From a virus (Duplodnaviria > Heunggongvirae > Uroviricota > Caudoviricetes), in the IMG/VR virus record IMGVR_UViG_2537561992_000019: 17,225 nt of DNA; one strand, given 5' to 3'. A program made the position numbers and the translations under genes. The notes beneath the pieces are model-generated. The model had not been told where the DNA came from and did not search any database. It was given only the letters and a program-made list of their open reading frames with translations. Positions 1 through 6,660 of the stretch are shown piece after piece (the stretch's first letter is position 1; the number at the start of each line of letters is the position of its first letter).

Positions 1-63
1 CTGGCCGACACAGCCGTACTGCCCTTTGCTCAGGTCTGCCTTCGGATGATTCAGCGTACTCAT
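1..63 (-). CDS. hypothetical protein, N-terminal fragment only (ATG at 63..61; gene runs off the window start)
   Basis: ATG preceded by AGGAT; the 21 codons (MSTLNHPKADLSKGQYGCVGQ) are open to the window edge. Too short to identify. Confidence 0.3.
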   Translation of the reverse strand, partial: MSTLNHPKADLSKGQYGCVGQ

Positions 64-134
64 ATCCTGCACATCATGCAGGCAGTGGTCGGCCGGAATA
101 ATATCGTTATATCTGCAGGCAGCCCCACCCGGCG

Positions 135-446
135 TCACTGTACTGCGGCGCGCCAGCTGTTTAATGCGCGGATCCGGAGCATCGTATGAATCCGGCAGCG
201 GAAGCCCTTCACCGTAAGCCATGGCATGGACTGCCCGGCCAGTACGATGACGTAGTACCACTCCGGCTCAGTTGCACCACTGACCACCACATCACCTTCT
301 GCTGTAATCGCCTGCATCAGGGTATAAGGGGTTATGGCCACCGGACTCCCAAACGGCTGCCAGCCCTCTTTCAGTTTGTGTGTCAGCTTTTCCGCAAGGT
401 CTGACGGCGACGCCGCCCTGACAACATCATAATGTTTAAATGTCAT
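135..446 (-). CDS. small late-region phage protein, 103 aa (possibly YdfR-like)
   Basis: ATG at 446..444 preceded by GGGAGGAA. Family assignment is by position (late operon) and size only. Confidence 0.6.
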   Translation of the reverse strand: MTFKHYDVVRAASPSDLAEKLTHKLKEGWQPFGSPVAITPYTLMQAITAEGDVVVSGATEPEWYYVIVLAGQSMPWLTVKGFRCRIHTMLRIRALNSWRAAVQ

Positions 447-489
447 TATTCCTCCCGGCCGGGATAGTGTATTAAATCAGATATGGAGT

Positions 490-534
490 GGGCTGTAGTC
501 CGGAAGCCTGAATGACACACGGGGACTACAGCCC
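490..534. repeat. 12-bp perfect inverted repeat GGGCTGTAGTCC / GGACTACAGCCC separated by 21 nt
   Basis: Read directly: 490..501 is the exact reverse complement of 523..534. Lies 44-88 nt upstream of the 135..446 gene. Confidence 0.7.
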
Positions 535-630
535 AAGAAATGAAAAAAGGCCACGCAGTTGCGCAGCCTGATAAACCCTGGTTAAAATCCACACGATAAC
601 AACACAACAATATCAGTATCTCATGCTATT

Positions 631-655
631 GCCCGAACCCATTCGGGCATTTTTT
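631..655 (+). terminator. rho-independent terminator-like hairpin (GCCCGAA-CCCA-TTCGGGC followed by T6)
   Basis: GC-rich stem with T-run on the plus strand; forms a back-to-back pair with the minus-strand hairpin at 661..684. Confidence 0.45.
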
Positions 656-660
656 ACCCA

Positions 661-684
661 TAAAAAGCCCCTCCGGAGAGGGGC
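661..684 (-). terminator. rho-independent terminator-like hairpin (GCCCCTC-TCCG-GAGGGGC followed by U5 on the minus strand)
   Basis: A-run 662..666 on plus gives the U-tract on minus; sits downstream of the TerB-like/membrane gene pair. Confidence 0.5.
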
Positions 685-808
685 ATGTTTGCATGCACAT
701 TCTTTTTCTTGTATGGTGCCGGGTGCCTCCCGGTGAATTCAGTATCAGCACCTAAATCCGCGATTATCCCATATACCTGGTTGCTGATCGCCCTCCGCAC
801 AGGGGGAT

Positions 809-1018
809 TCACCATGCAGAAGTGTTTTTAATAAACAGCAAACAAAAAAACCAAGCATTATGCAGGCTGTTTCTTTTTATCACCGGCCACAGCAATACCA
901 CAATGCCGCAGACCAGCACCCCATCCGCCAGCACCGACATGATTCTGCTGGTGAAATCCACCATCACCACCAGAAACAGCAGGAGTGCAGCCACAGCCAG
1001 GCGCAGTTTTACCGTCAC
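809..1018 (-). CDS. small predicted membrane protein, 69 aa, two hydrophobic helices
   Basis: GTG at 1018..1016 overlaps the TerB-like stop (GTGA). Hydrophobic stretches LRLAVAALLLFLVVMV and GVLVCGIVVLLWPVI. Alternative ATG start at 964. Could be a non-coding tail. Confidence 0.35.
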   Translation of the reverse strand: MTVKLRLAVAALLLFLVVMVDFTSRIMSVLADGVLVCGIVVLLWPVIKRNSLHNAWFFCLLFIKNTSAW

Positions 1019-1446
1019 AGGTGATTCTCCAGACGAAGACCCAGAACACCGGCAATCTCTTCCAGCACCTTGCGCTCTTCCGGCTCAATTTCGCCGTCTG
1101 CCTCCGCAATGGCCACCGCCACATCCAGCACATCTTCCGCTTCACGCGCATCGTGTTTCACATCCTCAATCTCGCGTAACGCGGCACGACGACCAATTTT
1201 AAAATTGGTATCCAGCTGACCGATAATAGTTGCGCTAATCGCATTAATTTCCGAGGTAAACGCAGACAACGCAGGCTGATTACGTAAGACCTGTTCGATC
1301 TTCGCTTTCTCGGATGCCTCGCATTCACCATCTGCATAGGCCACCAGGTATGCAGCGTTAATCACCGCCTGTGCCAGATCGCGTTTCTCAAACTTTTTAA
1401 TTTCCGCTGCCGCTCTGCGGGTTTTCTTTTTGAAGATTCCAAACAT
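1015..1446 (-). CDS. TerB-like (tellurite-resistance TerB family) protein, 143 aa
   Basis: True start is ATG at 1446..1444 (MFGIFKKK) with AAGGAA Shine-Dalgarno; the track ORF begins further upstream. Two ADG-x3-E style motifs (AYADGECEASEKAK, AEADGEIEPEERK) typical of TerB domains. Confidence 0.65.
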   Translation of the reverse strand: MFGIFKKKTRRAAAEIKKFEKRDLAQAVINAAYLVAYADGECEASEKAKIEQVLRNQPALSAFTSEINAISATIIGQLDTNFKIGRRAALREIEDVKHDAREAEDVLDVAVAIAEADGEIEPEERKVLEEIAGVLGLRLENHL

Positions 1447-1575
1447 CGTGACGTTCCTTTGGGTGGGTGAGCCAACGCCCGGGAGCGATCTGCCCACAGA
1501 GAAAGTCACACTGACCACTCCGTAAGCTCACCCCCGAAAGGCTCTGTGGTTGATATGCGCCGGGCGTGGCGCAGA

Positions 1576-1602
1576 TACAAAAAAGGCCCGCCGAAGCGAG
1601 CC
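1576..1602 (-). terminator. rho-independent terminator after the tRNA pair
   Basis: Minus-strand RNA GGCUCGC-UUCG-GCGGGCC (7-bp stem with one G-U pair, UUCG tetraloop) followed by U6. Confidence 0.6.
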
Positions 1603-1615
1603 TGGAAAATAAGTG

Positions 1616-1692
1616 TGGCGCGTTGTAGTGGAGTCGAACCACTGACCGATTGCTTAGAAGGCAATTGCTCTGTCCGGCTGAGCTAACAACGC
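1616..1692 (-). tRNA. tRNA-Arg (anticodon UCU), 77 nt, phage-encoded
   Basis: Hand-folded cloverleaf: 7-bp acceptor stem GCGTTGT/ACAACGC, anticodon loop CTTCTAA, T-arm GTGG-TTCGACT-CCAC, encoded CCA end. Confidence 0.9.
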
Positions 1693-1792
1693 AGAATACC
1701 GATAATGGACCGCCATCGGGGACCCGCCCCCGCACCAACAACCCTGTTATGGTGTCGTCTGCTCTTCCTGATAAGCTAATGGCGGTTTGTGA

Positions 1793-1868
1793 TGGTGGCC
1801 CTTGCTGGATTTGAACCAGCGACCTGGCGATTATGAGTCGCTCGCTCTCACCACTGAGCTAAAGGGCC
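1793..1868 (-). tRNA. tRNA with CAU anticodon, 76 nt (Ile2/lysidine type by recalled similarity to E. coli ileX; Met not excluded)
   Basis: Acceptor stem GGCCCTT/AAGGGCC, anticodon loop CTCATAA, T-arm GCTGG-TTCAAAT-CCAGC, encoded CCA end. Confidence 0.85.
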
Positions 1869-1917
1869 GGGAGCAGAATAATAATGGTGCGTAATTAATT
1901 CTGCAATCTCATCCGTT

Positions 1918-2967
1918 TCAAACGATTAAATCCTGAACTTCCCTGACTGTCTGTTCAAAGCGTCCGGTCTCCAGCTCAACACCAATCGCACAACGCCCCA
2001 GTGCCATCGCCGCTTTTACCGTTGAACCTGAACCCATAAAAAAATCTGCAACCAGGTCTCCCGGACGACTGCTCGCGTTGATTATCTGCTGCAGCATTTC
2101 TGCCGGTTTTTCGCACGGATGTTTCCCTGGATAGTACTGCACCGGTTTATGCGTCCAGACATCGGTGTACGGAACCTGCGCCGTCACACCGAAATACCGC
2201 CGCAAATTTTTATATTCACTCAGCAGTTCCGTATACTGCCGGTTCAGCTCACTGTATGTGCTGACCAGCTGGTGGTGTGGCTTTTCCAGTTCCCCGCGCT
2301 GATGTTTTTCTGCCGCAACACGCGCAAACAACGCCTGCAATTTGTTGTAATCACCCTCGTTCGGTAACTGCCACTGACTGATACCAAACCAGTGCGAAGC
2401 CATGTTTTTCTTTCCGGTGGCTTCCGCTATCTGTTTTGACGTTATTCCCAGTGATTTACGCGCATCACGAAAGTAAGAAATCAGCGGGGCCATGACGTGC
2501 TGTTTTAGCTCGCGCCCCTGCTCCACATAGCCATCATCTTTCGGGCGATACGGTCCCTGATAATGTTCTGCAAACAGAATGCGCTCTGTTGCCGGAAAAT
2601 ACGCCCGCAGACTTTCCTTATTGCACCCGTTCCAGCGTCCGGACGGCTTCGCCCAGATAATGTGGTTCAGCACATTAAAGCGCTCACGCATCATGATTTC
2701 GGTGTCAGATGCCAGGCGATGACCACAGAACAGGTAAAGACTTCCGGCAGGCTTCAGTACCCGCCAGAACTGCGCCAGACACTGGTCCAGCCATTTCAGG
2801 TAATCATCGTCGCCCTCCCACTGGTTATCCCAGCCCTCGGGCTTCACTTTAAAGTATGGCGGGTCTGTGACTATCAGATCGACAGAGTTTTCCGGTAAGG
2901 TCTGGATAAATTCCAGGCAATCAGCGTTGATTAACTCACAACTGGATATTTTTACAGTATTAATCAT
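1918..2967 (-). CDS. orphan DNA methyltransferase, beta-class (N6-adenine or N4-cytosine), 349 aa
   Basis: DPPY catalytic motif near the N-terminus (LIVTDPPYF) and AdoMet-binding motif FFMGSGST near the C-terminus. No restriction endonuclease gene adjacent. Confidence 0.85.
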   Translation of the reverse strand: MINTVKISSCELINADCLEFIQTLPENSVDLIVTDPPYFKVKPEGWDNQWEGDDDYLKWLDQCLAQFWRVLKPAGSLYLFCGHRLASDTEIMMRERFNVLNHIIWAKPSGRWNGCNKESLRAYFPATERILFAEHYQGPYRPKDDGYVEQGRELKQHVMAPLISYFRDARKSLGITSKQIAEATGKKNMASHWFGISQWQLPNEGDYNKLQALFARVAAEKHQRGELEKPHHQLVSTYSELNRQYTELLSEYKNLRRYFGVTAQVPYTDVWTHKPVQYYPGKHPCEKPAEMLQQIINASSRPGDLVADFFMGSGSTVKAAMALGRCAIGVELETGRFEQTVREVQDLIV

Positions 2968-3117
2968 AGATCAATAAGCACTTCTCTGATAGGCTCATGC
3001 CGCTTTTGCGCAAAGCAGATGGGCCTGAGGTTTGCTTGTGACCCCAACGCATGAGCAGATGGCTGGCAGGTGCCGCTAACACCCACCAGCCGCCCATTAC
3101 CACAAATTAAAAAGCCT

Positions 3118-3315
3118 TCACTGCGGAAGGCGTCTGTAACAACCGAACTGATAATCTGCCAGACCCGCCATAACAAGCTGAGTCAGTATTAACTGGCAGC
3201 GTTCGCGTGAAAGGTAAGTATTCTGCGCAATTTCCCCGACGGTCGCCGGTTCGGTGACGCTTAATTCATTAAACACCACTCTGGCGGTTTCGGTCATATC
3301 CTGCTGTTTTAGCAT
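3118..3315 (-). CDS. small putative helix-turn-helix DNA-binding protein, 65 aa
   Basis: ATG at 3315..3313 (MLKQQDMTE); HTH-like stretch ATVGEIAQNTYLSRERCQLILTQL. The track ORF starts upstream but runs through the terminator hairpin. Confidence 0.4.
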   Translation of the reverse strand: MLKQQDMTETARVVFNELSVTEPATVGEIAQNTYLSRERCQLILTQLVMAGLADYQFGCYRRLPQ

Positions 3316-3435
3316 GCCTTTTTCCCTTTTCTGGTTAACGTGACATACCAATACCTCTTGTCGAAAAAGCCAGCAAGCTGAAAGACCAGTATTCACAACT
3401 ACCAGCGCGTTTAATGTTCTGTGCCGTTTTTCAGG

Positions 3436-3462
3436 CATAAAAAAACCCGCATAAAGCGGGTT
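3436..3462 (-). terminator. tR'-like rho-independent terminator downstream of the putative Q gene
   Basis: Minus-strand hairpin AACCCGC-UUUAU-GCGGGUU followed by U7; about 190 nt downstream of the Q stop. Confidence 0.6.
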
Positions 3463-3627
3463 CTTTCAGGTGTCCATGTCTGCTATTCGCCTCGCGGTAC
3501 AGCTTTGCGAAGCGTAGCTGGATTGAAACAGTTTATGGCTAAAAATACAAGCTTTTTTTCTAAAACTGCACAAACCTTACTACCAGCCAAAAATCCTCTT
3601 CGTGCAACAACAAACGCCCTCCAGATT

Positions 3628-4182
3628 CTAAGCGTCAGTAAAAGAAAATGCATCTCGCATCAGTGGATACAGAATAAACTCAGCTATTCTCAGCCACATA
3701 TCTATACGATTGCGGCATGTTGCATAGCACCACTCAGGGTGAACCTCATTCAACAATTCAGCCATTTTGCGTTTACTCATCCCCCGCCCTTCGTATCTTT
3801 GCCGCAGGATATCAATCAATCCAGGATAACGTGCAAGCGCTTTACTTATCACCCCATCAATGCGTAACGCCTCTGCATCAGTACAGTGAGACAACCAGCT
3901 CTTCTGTCTGCCAGCGATCATCTCTCGCAAGAATGCTTCCAGCTCTGGTTTATCAATCCCTGACTCCCTGATTCTACGCAGGGCTTCATTGATTGCGGTT
4001 TTTGTCAGTTTTTTGGATGCCAGCAACTGATTGAACATATTTCCTGTTTTGCTACCACCTATATACGACCAACGCCCCCACATCCGTAATTTCCCCTGGA
4101 TCCAGACGGCTTCCAGCGTTTTTAGACGTAAATGCTCGCCGCTTTTGCCTGTAATTTCCGGGTATATCATATTTACGATCAC
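3628..4182 (-). CDS. putative late-gene antiterminator Q, 184 aa (GTG 4182) or 180 aa (ATG 4170)
   Basis: Assigned by position only: directly after rusA and directly before a strong terminator and the late-region island. No motif confirmed. Confidence 0.45.
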   Translation of the reverse strand: MIVNMIYPEITGKSGEHLRLKTLEAVWIQGKLRMWGRWSYIGGSKTGNMFNQLLASKKLTKTAINEALRRIRESGIDKPELEAFLREMIAGRQKSWLSHCTDAEALRIDGVISKALARYPGLIDILRQRYEGRGMSKRKMAELLNEVHPEWCYATCRNRIDMWLRIAEFILYPLMRDAFSFTDA

Positions 4183-4544
4183 TCACTCTCAATTTTGTAA
4201 ATCTTCACGCCCAGCCGCCCACCAGGAACGAGCTGACCGCGCACAATATTGATTTCATCAAACTGCTCGTCGTCTATGAGAAGTCCGGCATGCGTCAACG
4301 CATCCAGTGGTGCTTTCAGGATATTGTCCAGGTCACGGCGGCGCTTATCCGGTGGTTCTGCAATAATTTTTATTGCCAACCTTCCGGACAGGCTTAATTT
4401 CAGCCGCTGCTGGCGAACAATAAGCGCCACTGCCCGGCGATAACGCTCCCCGGCTTTTGATACAAAATATGTGCTGCCACGACGACGCCAGTAAGTGTTC
4501 ACCGTTGGCGGGTAAGGCAAAACAAATTCTATGCGTTCAGTCAT
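4179..4544 (-). CDS. rusA: Holliday-junction resolvase RusA, 121 aa
   Basis: N-terminal FVLPYPPTVNTYWRRRG matches the RusA family signature (recalled); stop overlaps the Q start. Confidence 0.85.
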   Translation of the reverse strand: MTERIEFVLPYPPTVNTYWRRRGSTYFVSKAGERYRRAVALIVRQQRLKLSLSGRLAIKIIAEPPDKRRRDLDNILKAPLDALTHAGLLIDDEQFDEINIVRGQLVPGGRLGVKIYKIESE

Positions 4545-5600
4545 TTATGCTTTCCACTTCAGAACACCCGAATTTCTCGCGTGCATTAAAAAACGAATCA
4601 GCAACAACAGCTGGCTGCCGTGTTTTTCTTCAAAATCTTTTACCCCGGCGTGTAGTTCGCTATGGCATTTACGGCACAGCGGAATAACAAACAAATCATC
4701 AGCCTTTGTTCCCATCCCTCCCAGTCCATGACCAATGATGTGATGCGGATCATCTGCCTGATTACCGCACGTCATGCATTTCTGCGTTTTTACCCAGCGC
4801 GTGTATACAGGCATCTCTTCCCGTTGTGATTTCTGGCGCTGGAGATACTGAGCCGGTGACTCGGGATCAACGGCAATGCTGACCACCGTCTTTTCCTGTG
4901 GCGGGTTTTGCTGGTGGGCGTGAGGCAGCGGCGCAAGATTTTTTGTGCGCTGCTTCAGTATGATGGTGGCGGTCTGCTCTCCCGGTACGATGTCGCTTTC
5001 ACGGTACATTGAGCGGATTTTTTCCGCACGCAACCCCAGCGAACGACGTAATACCGCTTCCGGTAGCGCGTCCGCCACCTGATTGCGGACCGCCCACCAG
5101 GATAATTCAGCCAGCGATAATTCCCGTTCCTGCGAGCCATTCATTGCATGGCGTATGACGTCAATCATCCATGCAGACAGGTTTTGGTGAGCAAGTTGCC
5201 CGAGTGATTCGGAGGTCTGGTCGCGCAGCTGGTTGTCGCAGTGCCAGCACAACACCATTGCGCCGGTACCATAACGGTGAATGACGGTTTCACTGTGGTG
5301 ATAATCACCGTGTGGCCACTGGCAGGATTTAACATGGCGCAGTAACCAGTCAGACAATGCGCCAGCGCCACCAGCAGCACGAATCACTCGTTCGTCGCTG
5401 AAAAATGGCAGTAATGATTTATCCTCCGCCAGCGGCTGGCGAACGGCAGGAACGACCCCGGACGGCAGATTACGCATGCTTTTCGGTTCCGGCTCCACCA
5501 GTACCCGGGTATTGTGGAATACCGGCATGGATTCACGGCCCGGCTTAACGATCACCAGCCCGAGTTCCGGTACCAGAACAGGTCGAAGTAATACCCGCAC
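4545..5600 (-). CDS. ydfU: DUF968-family protein (YdfU-like) with C-terminal HNH/zinc-finger-like motif, about 351 aa
   Basis: C-terminus CMTCGN...HHIIGHG...CRKCH is HNH-like. Size and position match YdfU of Qin (recalled). Start uncertain: GTG 5600 or ATG 5525. Confidence 0.65.
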   Translation of the reverse strand: MRVLLRPVLVPELGLVIVKPGRESMPVFHNTRVLVEPEPKSMRNLPSGVVPAVRQPLAEDKSLLPFFSDERVIRAAGGAGALSDWLLRHVKSCQWPHGDYHHSETVIHRYGTGAMVLCWHCDNQLRDQTSESLGQLAHQNLSAWMIDVIRHAMNGSQERELSLAELSWWAVRNQVADALPEAVLRRSLGLRAEKIRSMYRESDIVPGEQTATIILKQRTKNLAPLPHAHQQNPPQEKTVVSIAVDPESPAQYLQRQKSQREEMPVYTRWVKTQKCMTCGNQADDPHHIIGHGLGGMGTKADDLFVIPLCRKCHSELHAGVKDFEEKHGSQLLLLIRFLMHARNSGVLKWKA

Positions 5601-5601
5601 G

Positions 5602-5880
5602 TTACCTCCAGATGCGTTGCTGGAATGTGCGGGACGGACGCGGTGGTCGTTCGGAGTAAGGAAGCCTGACGGAGATTATCCAGTGACGATAATCGAGGCT
5701 GAGGGCTTTCTTAATCTCGTATCCGTGTCTGCGGTAGCACTGAATTAGCCACTCGGCCTGTTCTTCAGTGCATGGGGGATGCTGGAACCAGTCAGATTTG
5801 AAAGTGCGGGAACGCCGCCCGTGCCTGCTGGCAGGGGCGGCAGAGTTATCCGAATTGTAAAATTTGGTATCGTGCGCCAT
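5602..5880 (-). CDS. rem: Rem-like small protein, 92 aa
   Basis: ATG at 5880..5878 (MAHDTKFYNSDNS); sits between the DUF968 gene and hok as rem does in Qin (recalled). Confidence 0.5.
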   Translation of the reverse strand: MAHDTKFYNSDNSAAPASRHGRRSRTFKSDWFQHPPCTEEQAEWLIQCYRRHGYEIKKALSLDYRHWIISVRLPYSERPPRPSRTFQQRIWR

Positions 5881-5950
5881 CTGTTTTCTCTGCTGGCGCA
5901 GCAGGTGCCAGTTGTTCAGGCTGACGGATGGATTGTAAACCAGAACGACC

Positions 5951-5979
5951 AGAAAAAACAAAACCCGCCGAAGCGGGTT
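5951..5979 (-). terminator. rho-independent terminator at the 3' end of the hok transcript
   Basis: Minus-strand hairpin AACCCGC-UUCG-GCGGGUU followed by UUUGUUUUUUCU. Confidence 0.55.
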
Positions 5980-6047
5980 AAGTGCGGGTGCGTTGAGGAT
6001 GCCTGACACATCAGCGGTGGCGAGGGATTTCTCCCCCGCCTGGTCTC

Positions 6048-6203
6048 TTACTCCTCAGGTTCGTAAGCTGTGAAGACAGCGACCTCCGTCTGGCCGGTTC
6101 GGATTCGTACCTCGCAGAGGTCTTTCCTCGTTACCAGTGCCGTCACTATGACGGTTAAACAGATGACGATCAGGGCGATTAACATCGCCTTTTGCTGCTT
6201 CAT
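6048..6203 (-). CDS. hokD: Hok-family type I toxin, 51 aa
   Basis: MKQQKAMLIALIVICLTVIVTALVTRKDLCEVRIRTGQTEVAVFTAYEPEE matches HokD/RelF as I recall it; ATG at 6203..6201 with AGGAGA Shine-Dalgarno. Confidence 0.9.
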   Translation of the reverse strand: MKQQKAMLIALIVICLTVIVTALVTRKDLCEVRIRTGQTEVAVFTAYEPEE

Positions 6204-6375
6204 AACCTGCTTCTCCTTGCCTTTCGGCGCGTAAGAGGCTAACCTACGTTTGTGAAGCATAGATTGGGCCTCAGATTAATGTTAAGCGTCTTGCAGGACG
6301 CGTAATGTTAACTGGGGCTTTTCTCTGTCTGCCTTACGGTGGCATGCCCGAGGCAGACAGCCTCAAGCACCCGCA
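6204..6375 (-). promoter_or_regulatory. hok mRNA 5' leader, including a mok-like in-frame start at 6260
   Basis: 5' end sequence UGCGGGUGCUUGAGGCUGUCUGCCUC resembles the 5' end of plasmid R1 hok mRNA (recalled) and is complementary to the 3' end at 5983..5998. Confidence 0.5.
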
Positions 6376-6378
6376 GCA

Positions 6379-6406
6379 ATTCTACTTAACTCTCGCTTTA
6401 CAGCAA
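6379..6406 (-). promoter_or_regulatory. candidate sigma-70 promoter of hok mRNA (-35 TTGCTG, 16-nt spacer, -10 TAGAAT)
   Basis: Hexamers read on the minus strand, correctly placed 5-7 nt upstream of the inferred 5' end. Confidence 0.4.
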
Positions 6407-6446
6407 ACCGTTTTGCCCGATATGGGAATTCCCATACGGAATGAAT

Positions 6447-6551
6447 TCAGTTCCCCAGGCGCTCCATCAAAAACACAACCAGGCAGTAAACACCCACAAC
6501 AGCAATAACAGCCAGAGCGCCTTCCATTACCAGTGAAATATCATCCGACAT
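6447..6551 (-). CDS. 34-aa hydrophobic peptide (MSDDISLVMEGALAVIAVVGVYCLVVFLMERLGN)
   Basis: ATG at 6551..6549 preceded by GGGAGGG at ideal spacing; single predicted transmembrane helix. Below the ORF-track size cutoff. Confidence 0.4.
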   Translation of the reverse strand: MSDDISLVMEGALAVIAVVGVYCLVVFLMERLGN

Positions 6552-6660
6552 ATTCCCTCCCTTGGTGTGAATCCCGGCGAACGTTTTTACCCCCACCGAC
6601 AAATAACATATACTAGAAAAGCAATAGCTATAGCAACGCCTGCAAATGCATCTGGCCGGC

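Noticed and set aside
822-1202. Plus-strand ORFs overlapping TerB-like, the methyltransferase, O and P (for example 822..1202, 2563..2898, 9111..9650, 9310..9720)
   Set aside because: All are antisense to well-supported minus-strand genes, lack ribosome-binding sites and have low-complexity Arg/Ser/Pro-rich translations.
1447-1615. Shiga toxin genes downstream of the phage tRNAs
   Set aside because: That position holds only a terminator and then the TerB-like gene; no ORF there resembles StxA or StxB.
1693-1792. A third tRNA (argO-like) between the two tRNAs
   Set aside because: No cloverleaf could be folded from the roughly 100-bp spacer and there is no CCA-ended acceptor stem.
6260-6446. 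relE/relB toxin-antitoxin pair next to hok, as in K-12 Qin
   Set aside because: No RelE- or RelB-like ORF on either strand; the interval holds the hok leader, promoter and palindrome instead.
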